A stretch of DNA of 64,000 bases from Promethearchaeota archaeon (GTDB lineage: Archaea; Asgardarchaeota; Lokiarchaeia; Sigyniarchaeales; SOKP01). The translations under genes and the position numbers were made by a program. The stretch lies in the NCBI GenBank assembly GCA_016840165.1, contig JAEOSU010000072.1:128001-192000 (forward strand), given 5' to 3'. Below are positions 49,755 through 62,100 of the stretch, one piece after another; positions within the stretch are counted from its first letter, which is position 1, and each line of letters starts with the position of its first letter. The notes beneath the pieces are model-generated. The model was not told the origin of the DNA and ran no database searches. It was given only the letters and a program-made list of their open reading frames with translations.

Positions 49755-49858
49755 TTTTCCCCAACCTTTAAATATATAGGTAAAAATCAAACAAGTATAT
49801 TATTAAAATTAGCTATTTCATAAAAAAATTGCGCAAATTCTGTTAAGGAATATACGTG

Positions 49859-50284
49859 TTATAAAGGATTCTTAACAAGGAAATAAACATCATTAGAACC
49901 GCATTTAGGACATGTAGTTTTACTGTCTTGGGTTGCTTGAGGATCCTCCCATTCATACTCGCAACTTAAACATCCATAACCTAAAAATGGCTTTTTTAAA
50001 TTAACATTTCCACCAAAAATATTGATATTTTTTCCTTCTACAAATGCTTGAGTTACTTTCTGATGAGCACTTTCTAAAATCCTAGAAAAAGTTGGTTGAG
50101 ATACACCCATTTTATCTGCAGAATCTTTTTGGGTCAATGAAACGTAATGTTTAAGTCTCATTGCTTCAAATTCGGCTACTGTAAGCACAACTGACGCTTC
50201 ATATAATGGATCTTCTATACGTCGAATGAAATAAAAATTACTCGGCGGATTTTTCACAAATCGCATTCTTGTTCTGCGTCCCAT
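49859..50284 (-). CDS. DUF134 HTH protein with C-terminal zinc ribbon
   Basis: EFEAMRL, TQ..A..MGVSQPTF.RIL..A, CLSC..CPKC. Confidence 0.88.
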   Translation of the reverse strand: MGRRTRMRFVKNPPSNFYFIRRIEDPLYEASVVLTVAEFEAMRLKHYVSLTQKDSADKMGVSQPTFSRILESAHQKVTQAFVEGKNINIFGGNVNLKKPFLGYGCLSCEYEWEDPQATQDSKTTCPKCGSNDVYFLVKNPL

Positions 50285-50495
50285 TTAACATCAAATCAAA
50301 GTGTTATCCGATAATACCTTTTATTAATAATAATCATTCACAAATTATTATAATTTATTGCTTATAAATAAAAGGTATTTAGGACGATTTCTGGTTTATT
50401 CCGATAGAATACACCGAATAAATGCATCACATATAAAAAGCTTAAAGTCTAATTAATATCTAATTTCAATTTTAATTATAAATGAGGATATTTTC

Positions 50496-51899
50496 ATGGC
50501 AAAAACTGAGGATATGATTCAAACTTCGAAATTAAATATGGCTTCCTATGGATTTGGGAAATTATTGAATGAATTTTTGGATATGGCTTTTGTCTCTTAC
50601 TCTTTTTTCTATTACGAGCGAGCTTTAGGTTTAGAGTCCTTACTAGTCGGTTTAGGGTTCCTTATCTTTGCTGTATACAATGCGATTAACGATCCTTTAG
50701 TTGGGTATTTAACCAATCGTCCATTTAAATTTACAAAAAAATGGGGACGCAGAAAACCATGGATAATTATTGGTGGAGCATTATGGCTAACAAGTTACCT
50801 TTTAATATTTACACCACCAACAAGAGATCCAATAGGGGGTACATGGATATTATTTGCATGGTTACTTTTTTCTACGTGTATATATGATACATTCAGTTCG
50901 ATTTTTTTTGTGAATTTTTCTTCTCTATTTCCTGATAAATGGCGTTCTGTTAAGTCACGTAGATTAGCAACAGGGATTCAAACTCCTATAGGTGTCTTTG
51001 GAGTTGCTCTTGGTGCTCTTATTCCCCCATTAATTATAACTGATAATTCTAATGCTGATTTATATCTCATTCAAGCTGGTTTATTGGTTATAATTGGATT
51101 TGTTGTATTAGGGATTTCAATTCCAGGTTATAAGGAAGACCAGAGATACATCGATTCCTATCTTGCCAGTTATGATGAGGAACAGCGTGAATTAAAATTC
51201 TTCAAATCATTAAGAGAGGCACTTAAAGTAAAATCCTTTAGGGTATTCATTATCAGCTATACACTCTATAGATGTTTAGTTATTTCGATGCAAGCTTCTA
51301 TACCTTATGTCGTAGAATTCATATTGAAAGAAGTAACTTTAATTCAAACTCTATTATCAGCAGCATTTTTAGTTGGAGCGTTAATTTCTTCTCCATTATG
51401 GGCATTCATAGCACAAAAGACAAATAATAATAAAAGAACTATGTTAATCGGTAGTATATTAATGACAGTTTTTACATTTCCATTTTTCTTTTATAATACT
51501 ATAACACTAATGTTCATTGGATTCTTATTTTTTGGTTTTGGTTTAGGCAGTTATTGGACATTAATTTCAGCTGTTCTAGCTGATATAATTGATGAATCGG
51601 TGGTAAAATACGAAAAACGAGAAGAAGGCATCTATAATGGTTTTCTACAATTCTTTGGACGTCTAGGGTTATTATTTCAAGTCGTAATATTTGCGCTAGT
51701 TCATTCTCTTACTAATTTACAGGAAGGACAAGGTCATGTAGGCCAACCAGAATCCGCATTTTTCGGTGTGTTGCTTCACTTTTCCTTAATTCCAGCGATA
51801 GTAATGCTAATAGGTACGCTAATCTTTTGGAAATACTATAAACTTACTCCAGATATAGTAACTCAAAATCAATTGAAGGTAAAAGAATTAGGATTATAA
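50496..51899 (+). CDS. MFS transporter, GPH (sugar:cation) family
   Basis: NAINDPLVG, KWGRRKPW, ADIIDE..REEGIY; about 12 TMs. Confidence 0.92.
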   Translation: MAKTEDMIQTSKLNMASYGFGKLLNEFLDMAFVSYSFFYYERALGLESLLVGLGFLIFAVYNAINDPLVGYLTNRPFKFTKKWGRRKPWIIIGGALWLTSYLLIFTPPTRDPIGGTWILFAWLLFSTCIYDTFSSIFFVNFSSLFPDKWRSVKSRRLATGIQTPIGVFGVALGALIPPLIITDNSNADLYLIQAGLLVIIGFVVLGISIPGYKEDQRYIDSYLASYDEEQRELKFFKSLREALKVKSFRVFIISYTLYRCLVISMQASIPYVVEFILKEVTLIQTLLSAAFLVGALISSPLWAFIAQKTNNNKRTMLIGSILMTVFTFPFFFYNTITLMFIGFLFFGFGLGSYWTLISAVLADIIDESVVKYEKREEGIYNGFLQFFGRLGLLFQVVIFALVHSLTNLQEGQGHVGQPESAFFGVLLHFSLIPAIVMLIGTLIFWKYYKLTPDIVTQNQLKVKELGL

Positions 51900-51990
51900 T
51901 CTCTAAATTTAAAAATCAAAATTTTTAACTCCTATTTTTTTTATTCAGCTTTTTCGCAATTTTAAAGTTCAAATCATCATTTGAACTCAT

Positions 51991-53169
51991 ATGAAGATTG
52001 AATACGCTGAAAGAGTAAATCGCCTTCCAAAATATATATTTGCCGCGATTGAGGAATTGAAGCTTCAAAAGAAAAAAGAAGGGATAGATATGATTTCACT
52101 TGGAATAGGAGATCCCGATCTATCTACTCCCCAATTAATCATTGATGAATTAGTTAAACAGGCAGGTGATCCTGCAAATCAAAATTATCCTTTAAGTATG
52201 GGGGAGCCAGAGTTTAGAGAAGCTGTAAAGAGATGGTATAATGTAAGATTTCATTTGGATTTCGATGTAGAAACGGAAGTTACAAATTTAATAGGAGGGA
52301 AAGAAGGAGTGGCAAATATTGCTCGAGCTTTTGTTAATCCCGGAGATATTGTAATGTGTCCCAATCCAGGATATCCTGTATACGAAAATGGGGGAACAAA
52401 ATTGAGCGATGGTGTTCCATATCGTATTCCTTTGTTGAAAGAAAATCAATTTTTGCCAAATTTCGAGGATATTGACACGAAAATATTAAAAAAAGCTAAA
52501 ATGCTCTACTTAAATTATCCAAATAACCCAACCGGTGCTATTGCACCCATAGATTTTCTTAAATCCGCAGTTGATTTTGCGGAGGATTATAATTTCTTTA
52601 TCATCTATGATAATCCATATTCTGAATTTACTTTTGGCGATTATATTGCTCCTTCTCTTTTAGAAATCGATCCCAATCATATTGAGATAAATAGTGCGTC
52701 AAAGATGTTTTGTATGACAGGATTCCGATGCGGATGGGCAGTCGGAAATGCAGAAATCATAGATGGGATACGAAAAATCAAATCTCAAATCGATTCCGGA
52801 TGTCCAATTTTCATCCAAAAAGCAGTAATAAAAGGATTAAATGAATATACATCAGAAAAGAAACCTAAAATTGTAAAGGAAAATATTGATATCTATGAAA
52901 AACGGAGGGATGTCTTGATAAAAGGATTAAAAAAAATTGGTTGGGAAACAGATTTTCCAAAAGCAACCTTTTATTTATGGACAAGGATACCCGAAAATGA
53001 AACAAGTAGTATGGAATTTGTAAAAAAACTTATCAATATAGGAGTAATTTTAACCCCCGGAGAGGGTTTTGGTGAGTATGGAGAAGGCTATGTAAGATTT
53101 GCCTTAACTCAATCAATTGACAGAATAAAAGAAGCTATAGAGCGAATTGAAAAATTAATTAATAATTAA
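51991..53169 (+). CDS. Class I/II PLP aminotransferase (LL-DAP aminotransferase-like)
   Basis: LGIGDPD, GGKEG, NYPNNPTG, YDNPY, SASK..MTGFRCG, YVRFAL. Confidence 0.92.
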   Translation: MKIEYAERVNRLPKYIFAAIEELKLQKKKEGIDMISLGIGDPDLSTPQLIIDELVKQAGDPANQNYPLSMGEPEFREAVKRWYNVRFHLDFDVETEVTNLIGGKEGVANIARAFVNPGDIVMCPNPGYPVYENGGTKLSDGVPYRIPLLKENQFLPNFEDIDTKILKKAKMLYLNYPNNPTGAIAPIDFLKSAVDFAEDYNFFIIYDNPYSEFTFGDYIAPSLLEIDPNHIEINSASKMFCMTGFRCGWAVGNAEIIDGIRKIKSQIDSGCPIFIQKAVIKGLNEYTSEKKPKIVKENIDIYEKRRDVLIKGLKKIGWETDFPKATFYLWTRIPENETSSMEFVKKLINIGVILTPGEGFGEYGEGYVRFALTQSIDRIKEAIERIEKLINN

Positions 53170-53186
53170 AATAAAAAAAATAAGAA

Positions 53187-53429
53187 TTATTTTGAAAGAT
53201 TATCATATTTTTTCCTCAGATAAGCCATTTTCATATCATCCTCATTTTCTAAATCTGAAGCGTCCAAAAACATCATTAATGGAGCATTATCTGAGTTCCA
53301 GTCCTTATAATAGTCTAGAATCATCTCTGGATCGATTTTTCTAGAGAATTCTTTATTCGTACTTGTCACCTCCTTTTGTTTTATTAAACTCTCACATAGA
53401 AAATCCAATCCTATTTCTCCCTCTTTCAA
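53187..53429 (-). CDS. Hypothetical protein or 3' remnant of a decayed gene
   Basis: 80-aa TTG ORF; upstream frames are interrupted. Confidence 0.4.
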   Translation of the reverse strand: MKEGEIGLDFLCESLIKQKEVTSTNKEFSRKIDPEMILDYYKDWNSDNAPLMMFLDASDLENEDDMKMAYLRKKYDNLSK

Positions 53430-53791
53430 TTAATTGTGAAAATATTATGGTAAGAGAACAAATCCCAAAAAATTAAAAGAAAAAGGCAGAAAAAAGGATT
53501 TATTCTCCCTTCATAATACTACACAAATTGGGATGAAGGCTCTCTTATAGCCTACCCATGTAGTTGTAGTATTATGATGTGAAAATTTCATTATAATCAA
53601 ATTATGTATTGAAAAAGAAGTGTTAACGATCCCTTTTAAGATTTCCCATTTTGATCCCATCATAAAAGAAAATCTTAACATAGTTCTTATAACATTTAAT
53701 TGGATGGATTTTCATAATTTTTTAAATTAATTCTTCGTTTAATTAATTGAACAATAATTACATTCAATGAGAGTAAGGGGATAATAAAGGA

Positions 53792-55111
53792 ATGGATAAA
53801 AAGATTGTACTCATTGGGGCAGGTTCTACCTCATTTGGTCCAAATATGTTCTCAGATTTATATTTAAGTGATATTTTAGAAGGTTGCGAAGTTATGTTAA
53901 ATGATATCGATAAAAGCAAGCTAGATATGATGTATGATTTGCTGCTTATCGAAAATGAGCGAAGTGAAGAGAAATTTATCCTTAACAAGACTCTAAACCG
54001 TGAAGAGGCTCTAAAAGGAGCAGATTTCATAATCAATTCAATTGAAGTAGGGGATCGTATGAAACTATGGAGGCAAGATTATGAGATTCCAAGAAAACAT
54101 GGCTCTACTCAGGTTTTAGGAGAGAATGGAGGACCAGGAGGTATCTTTCATACTTTTCGCATCCTTCCTCACATTATAGAAATCGTTAAAGATGTTGAAA
54201 GGATATGCCCGAATGCGTTTTTCATTAATTTTTCAAATCCAATGTCTCGTGTATGTTTGGGAATTAAACGAGCAGTGAATATTAACTTTATTGGTTTATG
54301 TCATGAAATTCATTCACTTGAACACCATATACCGCTTTTATTGAACAAAAAGCTAAATGAAATTAAAATGGTTGTTGCGGGATTGAATCATTTTGGATTT
54401 TTATTAAGTTTGGAAGAAAAGTTGTCAGGTCAGAATTTGCTACCAGACTTTAATCGGAATGCTACGAATTACTTTAAGAAAAAAGAAGATAGATTTGAAT
54501 TTTCACAATTAACTTTCGAGGTGTATGAACGATTTGGTTATTTTCCACATGCCGGTGATAATCATATGGGAGAGTATTTACAATTTGCTGAAGAATTTAC
54601 CAAGACTCAGGATATGGTTGATTGGATAAATCATACTGATCATCAAAATCAAAGCATATTCAAGCGTGCCTTGAGATATCATAAAAAATTGATTAAAAAC
54701 AAATATCCGCGAAAAGGATTCTTAAGTAAATTCCCATCAGGAGAGAGGGCAATACCTATAATAGAGACAATCCTAACAGACAAGAATAGCTATGAGAATT
54801 CCGTTAATATTCCAAATGATGGTATTATTACTAACCTTCCTCAAGATCTCATCGTAGAAGTGCCATGTATCGTAAGTAAGGAGGGTGTGAAAGGTGTAAA
54901 ACTTGGAAATATACCTAAAAATATCGCAGCACTTTTAAGAATTGAAGCAACTATTCAGGATTTGTGTGTAGAGGCCGTACTAAAGAAATCTAAGGATTTA
55001 GCTATGGCTGCTATAGCACTTGATCCTAATGTGGGCAGTTTCAAGAAAGCAGAAATCATTTTTAAAGAGATGACTCAACTTCAAAAGGATTTTTTACCTG
55101 CTTTTAATTAA
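53792..55111 (+). CDS. Glycoside hydrolase family 4 (NAD+/Mn2+-dependent alpha-galactosidase/glucosidase)
   Basis: IGAGS, GENGGPGG, NFSNP, GLCHE, GLNH, VEVP. Confidence 0.93.
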   Translation: MDKKIVLIGAGSTSFGPNMFSDLYLSDILEGCEVMLNDIDKSKLDMMYDLLLIENERSEEKFILNKTLNREEALKGADFIINSIEVGDRMKLWRQDYEIPRKHGSTQVLGENGGPGGIFHTFRILPHIIEIVKDVERICPNAFFINFSNPMSRVCLGIKRAVNINFIGLCHEIHSLEHHIPLLLNKKLNEIKMVVAGLNHFGFLLSLEEKLSGQNLLPDFNRNATNYFKKKEDRFEFSQLTFEVYERFGYFPHAGDNHMGEYLQFAEEFTKTQDMVDWINHTDHQNQSIFKRALRYHKKLIKNKYPRKGFLSKFPSGERAIPIIETILTDKNSYENSVNIPNDGIITNLPQDLIVEVPCIVSKEGVKGVKLGNIPKNIAALLRIEATIQDLCVEAVLKKSKDLAMAAIALDPNVGSFKKAEIIFKEMTQLQKDFLPAFN

Positions 55112-55257
55112 TCATTTTTTACTAGTAAATTATCATTTTTGCTAGTATTAAATATAGAATTATTTATATTCAATAAAATAGAGATGATATTATGATCTAA
55201 ATTGATCATAAATATAAAGAGATAGATTTTTTAAATATTATCATTATATAATAGCTT

Positions 55258-56199
55258 ATGAAATCTAATGGGAGAGAGATTTCAGAGGGAAAAATAGAAA
55301 AAGCCACTGAATTATTATGGAGAGTTTGGTGGTTTTGTTTTTATTTACTTATTGTACCTTCTTTAATTGCGGTAATTGGATTTTATATCTTTAACTTTTT
55401 GATTAAAGATGTTTATATTTCTTCTGGATTTGCTGTGTTAAGTTTTATGTTTTCAATACTACTATTTTATAAACCATTTGATAAATATCGAAAAAAATCC
55501 TTTTTTCTTAATAGATTAAATAATCCGACCGCAAGAATTCATATATTATATTTGGTATCAATTTTATCTTTAATAGTAACACCTATTTTTGTTTATATTA
55601 CTCCCGAAGATTATTATTTCGAATTACTCCCATTGATTTCTTATATTATTCTTTATAATATCATATATCTCTATTTTTATTTTAAGCCGATTGATTATTT
55701 TGATATTTCAGAAAGGGCATTTAAGTATCATGGAAGATTCGTTGATTCTTTCAAGAAATTTTACAACATTATACTTGTTGTAAATTTTATTTTTCATATA
55801 ATATTTCTCTCGTATACCTTTGATACCAAATATTCGTGGTTATTTGCGCTTATAGCGGATATAATCTTTTATTTCATCTCACTTTCATCAACTAGAAAAG
55901 TAAGAAGAAATATTTCAAAAAAAATTGAGAGTAAGCAACCAATTACTTTAGAACTTAATCAATATAAGCAGAAATTTTCAATATTAGTTATTAGCCTTGT
56001 TTTTGCATTGATAATCCAAATGCCGTTTGTTGTTATACTCGTATTTAGCTTAATGGGACATATCTTCTCAAATTTCGAAATTTTTAATGCAGCTTTGTTT
56101 TCTATCGCACTCTTGTTATTTTACTTAAAAATTAGGGTTTATTTTAGCATTTACCATCATAAAAACAAAAAACAACGGGAGTTGGATATAATTGAATGA
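55258..56199 (+). CDS. Membrane protein, about 8 TMs
   Basis: Four hydrophobic hairpins separated by basic loops; overlaps the next gene by 8 nt. Confidence 0.85.
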   Translation: MKSNGREISEGKIEKATELLWRVWWFCFYLLIVPSLIAVIGFYIFNFLIKDVYISSGFAVLSFMFSILLFYKPFDKYRKKSFFLNRLNNPTARIHILYLVSILSLIVTPIFVYITPEDYYFELLPLISYIILYNIIYLYFYFKPIDYFDISERAFKYHGRFVDSFKKFYNIILVVNFIFHIIFLSYTFDTKYSWLFALIADIIFYFISLSSTRKVRRNISKKIESKQPITLELNQYKQKFSILVISLVFALIIQMPFVVILVFSLMGHIFSNFEIFNAALFSIALLLFYLKIRVYFSIYHHKNKKQRELDIIE

Positions 56200-59100
56200 A
56201 GAAATAATTGAAGATCCAAAAATGCGTAAGTGGCAGATCGCAAATATGATCTTATCATTGTTTTTTATATTCATTACTATTCTATTCTCCTATTTAATTG
56301 AATATCCTATAATTATCCTTATAATTATCCCTATAATTATTATCATTACATATTATGAGCAAAAAGCTAATGTAAGTCCAACTAAGTACAGTAGATTTAT
56401 ATATATCCTCAGTATAGTGATAGTGCTCGGAACTATCAATTTCTGGATCATTCCAAGTTTTATTGATTTTTATCCATTTAACATTCAAGTTATTGTATTT
56501 TGTATTAGTTTTTACCTTCTTTTGCAATATTTTATTCGCTATGAATATTTTAAAAAAGAAAGTGTTATAATTGCCCAACATATCTTAAGTTATCTCACTT
56601 TTATAGTTATTGCTTATTCATTCTTTCCTATCTTAAGTTTTGAGTTTTCTAGCATCTCAAATGAATCTGCAGCTCTGACTTTAAACGTCTTAGCTCATAT
56701 TTTAATTAATCTTTTGGTTCTATTAAGCTCATTATATTATCTTTACCTTCGTCATCTAAAAATGAAATCATCAAAAGTGTTTAATCTTATTTTATTAACT
56801 ATTTTTTTGCTAATTGAGTTAAATTTCTATGCCATAATCAATTTATTGAATTTTTATCGTATAGATTATGGTTCATTTATTCAATTTTTATTCATAGGTT
56901 TAAATTTAATCCCAATTATTTTCTTGGGATATGTACTGGTTAATTTCATATTAGGTATAATACCGGAACAAGTTGAAAAGAAATTGAGCTATATTTTACT
57001 TTGGATAATTTTAAGTTTATCAAGTTTTTCGATAATTTTTGTTTTCTACACTTCATTTCAAATAGTTTTAATCACTATTTTAATATTTTCAGTCATTTCT
57101 CAACTTTTATTAACAATAGGATGGAAATTTACCTATATTTCTGAAATCTCCTTAAGGAAGTTGAGAATAATTATCCTATATGCGATCTATTTAGATCTTT
57201 TTGTTTTGACATTTACTCCTTTTTTTGACTTGCTTCAAATGATTAATTTTGAATACCCAATTTTATTTTCAATTTATTTCTCGCTACTTATAATTGCCAT
57301 AATTCATAATATTTGCTACAGCCAATTTCGTATTTCTAAATTATTTCTCTTTTCATTAAATGTTCTTTCATTATTATTTACTACCTTATTGATATTTCTG
57401 TTTTGCATGTTCTTCACATCAGGAACTTATTATAGCTTGATAATTCCTGTTCTTTTTTCATGTCTCTTTCTATTTATAGCACTTTTCTATATAAAAAGCA
57501 TAGTAAAAAGCAAGATTTTGTTGAATAAGTTAATTTTTTATAATTTATATATCGTCTCGGCACTCATTACGTCGATACCTTATTTTATTACTTTTGAGAT
57601 GGTCAAATTGGGATATACAGTTGATTTTCTCTCGCCATTTAATTTTTCACTCTACATTCTCTATTTCATTCTAGCACTATTGTACATTTTTTCAAGAAAT
57701 CTAAGTTTTAAAGAAGATAGCAGAGATTTACTTCTCAAAATCCAAGTGGGAATTGAAGTGTTAATCGCCTTTACAACTATTTTCTATTATCCTTATCTCT
57801 TGCTTAGAGGGACCACATATCAATTTATATTACCAATATTGTTTACATCCGCCTTTGCATTCCTTCCTCTATTCTTTTCCTATAAAAAAAGGTTCTTTCC
57901 GAAAATAGTTAATAAATACACCATCATTTTTAATGTACTAATTTTATGGGGGTGTATAATTTCATTACCCTCGTTTGTGGCAATGGAATTAACATTACTT
58001 GGCTTTGTTGTGGATTTATATCTCGTTGTCTTGATAACTGGAATTATAGTCTTTGCATTTCTATTATTCCTAAATAATGTTGCCAAATATTTGAGTCTCA
58101 CATCAAGAACAATTGAAATCATAAAAATGTTTCAACTCATTAACTGGATGATTGTTTGTGTTCTATCGAGTTGGCAAGTGTTTCTTTTTATAGATGGATT
58201 GTTCCATGTGATACTTCTTCCAGAAATTAGCATTGCCATATCGGTTATCTTCTTTTTACTAATAAATCTCATTAATTTACCGTTATTAGAAAGTTTCAAG
58301 CAAATTGTATTTGAAAATAGAAAAAGTAGATATGATTACTATAAGATTTACAAAATTTATGAATATAACAAGAATGTCATTTACTTTGGTTTGATCTTTG
58401 CCATTTCTTTCTTAATAAGTTTATTGCCTCGACAATTTGGTTTGTATTCAATTATCTTTATAGAAGAATCATTCATTTTTCCCTTATTGATTCAAATTGC
58501 TATTCTAACGTTGTTTAGTTTATTACTAATGCACATAAAAATATCCTCCTTTAAAATTGAATTTGTAAAAGTCAAGTTAATCCTAGAGATGATATGCTGG
58601 TTTTGTTTAAAGATAATTATTTGCTTATTTGTGATATTGTTTTCAGTACAAATCTCTGTAATTAATCGAATATTTTTGGGAGTATTGGTTTTTTCAATCT
58701 TAAGCCCCATTAGTGTATACTATCTCAATGAAAAATTTATCATTTTAGAGCCATCGATAAAAAGGATGAAACAAGGAATTCTTGCTTTATTTTTGGTTTC
58801 TATTATAAGCTTCTTTGCCGAATTTTATTGGCTTCTTTATTTTGAATTGGCTATAATTGCGATTGATCAATTATATCTTATAATAAATTCTCTATTTATT
58901 GTTTATTTGTATCTTAATTTTACTACGATCCATTACAAGCATATTATAGAGGAGGAAAAAAGCATAAGCCTCTATAAATTCTTTGGGATAAATATTTTGC
59001 TTTTAAGCTCGGTGATCTTGATTAATTCTATCTTCTTTCTTTTTTTCTTAATTCTTTTATATTCATTGATTCTATACAATAGGAATCGAAGTATTATATT

Positions 59101-62100
59101 TCGCTTAATCATGTATTTAGCTCTTTCAATATTTTGTTTCAATGAATTTATTATCAATTTTGATTCAATCAACTTTTTGAAAACATATTCTGTCAATGAA
59201 TATGGGTTGGTACCTTTCTTAGGATTAGCCTCAATAATGTCTGTTTTAACGTTTTCAATTATTATTAATTCTCGAGGTGAGAATTTTATTGAAAGTCGCT
59301 TATTATATGTTTTAATTTCTTTATTTTCCTACATATCCTTCATAACTTTTACTTCTATTGCACAAATTTATAGCGTCTCACTTTCCGCTTCAGTTCTTCT
59401 GTTATTCTTAGGAATTACTTTACATCTTCAGAGTAATGCAAAATCTAAGTGGTATATAGGTTTATCGATTCTTGTCCTCATTTTTGATTTTGTTTTATTT
59501 CTTTCTGAGACCATATTTTTTACAGGAATTCTCTTTCAAACCTCAAAAACAATATTGAGTTATACTTTAGCCTTCAGTATAACAGAAATTCTGCTAGTAT
59601 TAATTTTCAAATCTAGCTCTGGAAAATTAAGAAAATACTCCTTTTATGGAGCTTTTGGATTATTATTAGCGACTTTACCAACATTTACTTATTTTTTTCT
59701 AATTTCCTTATTTGCTCTTCCATTGTTTGAGCCAATTATCTTTATTATTTCAGTTGATGTTTTCATCTTAGTTTTTTACCTCTCAATCGCGACATATCAG
59801 AAGCAAATATCTTGGCAAGTGTGGAGAACAGGATGGTGGTTATGGATTCTTTGTCCTGTAGCAAATTTTTATATTATTTATGAAAGTCTTGCTGGGATCG
59901 ATCTCTTCACGAGTTCGTTATCTTTCTTTGGTTTATTCAATATTAATGGGTCATTTATAGTTGCTTTAATGATTTGTATAGTGATTTCATTGCCTTTTTG
60001 GTATTCATGGATTAAAAAACATTTCTCTGAAACCTTATTTATTGTCTGGGGTTTAAGCTTATTTGCTTTGTATTGGTTAAGCCAAAATATCTTTGCAAGC
60101 AATATCTTTTTTACTAATTTCTTGTTTGTGGTATTTGCGGTATTTTTACTTATTCCAATATTGTTTTGGATGAAACTGTGGAAATTATTCTCAATATCCT
60201 GGGCTATTTTTTCAATTACCGTAATCAGCTTTTTAATTATTTTATTTAATGCGTTAGGTTTTCTAATTGAGATGAATTATTCGCTCAATATTATTATCTC
60301 TGGCGGCTTCCTCCTCATTGCTTCATTTTTTCCGACCTTACGAGCCCAAAAAAGTTTAATTCTAATTTTTTCTTACGCTATCGTCATAATTGGGACTTTT
60401 CTTTCCGTATTTTATATAAATTATTTCATTTTCCTAAACATTTTCATCGCTTTAGCTATGTCTTTAATAATCATAGGAGCAAGTCTCTTTACTTCTCGAA
60501 TCTTCAAACTTAATCAGTTTATATTTAATACAGTTATCTCAATAGCACTGATTTCTGGTTTATCTTTACTCACATATAGTACTTTTAGTTTAATACCTAA
60601 TTTTGAGTTGGGAGCTCTGTTCTTAACAATGACGGTGGGTGGTCTTTCATTTTTTGTTTTTAATCATTTTAAGATGTTATTAGGAATCAACAAAATAATT
60701 CCCCTAGCAATTCTTTCCCTTGGGCTTTCATTGAGTTTATCCTCTTTTGTTCTTGCATTTTTACCTGGAACTATCTTCTTAGCCGCTACGGTTTTTATTT
60801 CGATAAATATAGCTTTCTTTTATTTCGTTTTATATGAATTGAGATATGTACTATTATATCTGATTCCTATTCCGATTAGCACCTTCTTTCTTGAATTTAT
60901 TGGATTAATTGAGATCTTTCGACCACTTATAGTTTTTATATTAATCGCCTTGATGCTTTATACCACTTCTTTTCAACTAATTTTAAACATATTAAACCCA
61001 GCTAAATCAAAAAGTGTAGATATCGAATATAAAGGATTATTGAAAATCTATAATGACCAGAAGCGAATTAGAGTAATCAATTTTAGTGCTTTAGTATTAA
61101 ATAGTACTTATTTCTCACTTTTTATAACTCTTATAAGCCCATTGTCTCTTTTATATCAAATCTTAGAATTCCTTATAGTATGGTCTGTTTTAATCCTATT
61201 TAGCTTAAGATACTTTAGAAAATGGAATTTAGATAAAGAATTCATTGATCTAGCATCAATTATTTTTAAATTTTCTTCTATAATTGCTGTATTATTATAT
61301 TTTGAATTGGCATTTTTAGTTTTTGGTATCTTGTTGGAATATTTCTTGTTAGAGCTCCAAATTTGCATTTTAATGAGTTTAATTTTCTATTTCCTTCTTA
61401 GTCTGTTAGATATATATGTTATAAAGAGAGGCCATCGCCATCTTATGCATCTTTTTAATATTGCTGACTATATTTTGATCACAATATTCTTAATTGCATT
61501 TCTAAATCAATTTCTCTTTATTAATACTAATCTCTTGCTATTAATTATTATTTTAATATTATTAATGCAGTTTTATACTAATTATGGAATTTTTAGCTTT
61601 TTAAAGGATTTCGAAAGCCTCGAGAAGACTAAATTAGAAAATATGAAAGAGATTGGTAAGAATATAATTACAAATTTACTATTTCTCGCGATTAGCCTTT
61701 ATGGAGCAAATTTTATCACAAATATGATTCAACAAACATATCCTACAATAAGTATAATTTCTCTCCTTTCATCATATATTATGATATTCTCTATTTTTAT
61801 GTACATCTTTAATATGGTATTCAAAACCAAATATCAAAGAGTTTTAACTAGCTCTTTTTTTATTACTTTTCAAATTCTATTAGCAATTTTCTGGATATCA
61901 TTATTTAGTTTTCTTGATTTACTTACATTATATAGCTTTGCATTATTACTGATTATTGAAACGATATTTACATTTTATTCGGTAAATTTAATAGATAAAT
62001 TACTAAGTGGAAAGATAAAGGAAAATCTTAAGCCTAAAATATACGTCATTTTATCTCTTTTAGTGTATTTTGAATTTTCATTTTTAGTATTCAGCATTGC

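Noticed and set aside
53430-53720. Upstream continuation of the 53187..53429 ORF as a pseudogene
   Set aside because: Several short frames but no identifiable parent protein
55111-55153. Short tandem duplication ATCATTTTT(T)RCTAGTA
   Set aside because: Only two imperfect copies in a terminator-like region; not a CRISPR or iteron array
2823-61368. Short ORF-track entries antisense to or overlapping well-supported genes (e.g. 3646..3870, 12611..12892, 23321..23644, 35693..35884, 56294..56581)
   Set aside because: Shadow ORFs with no motifs, explained by the codon structure of the real gene
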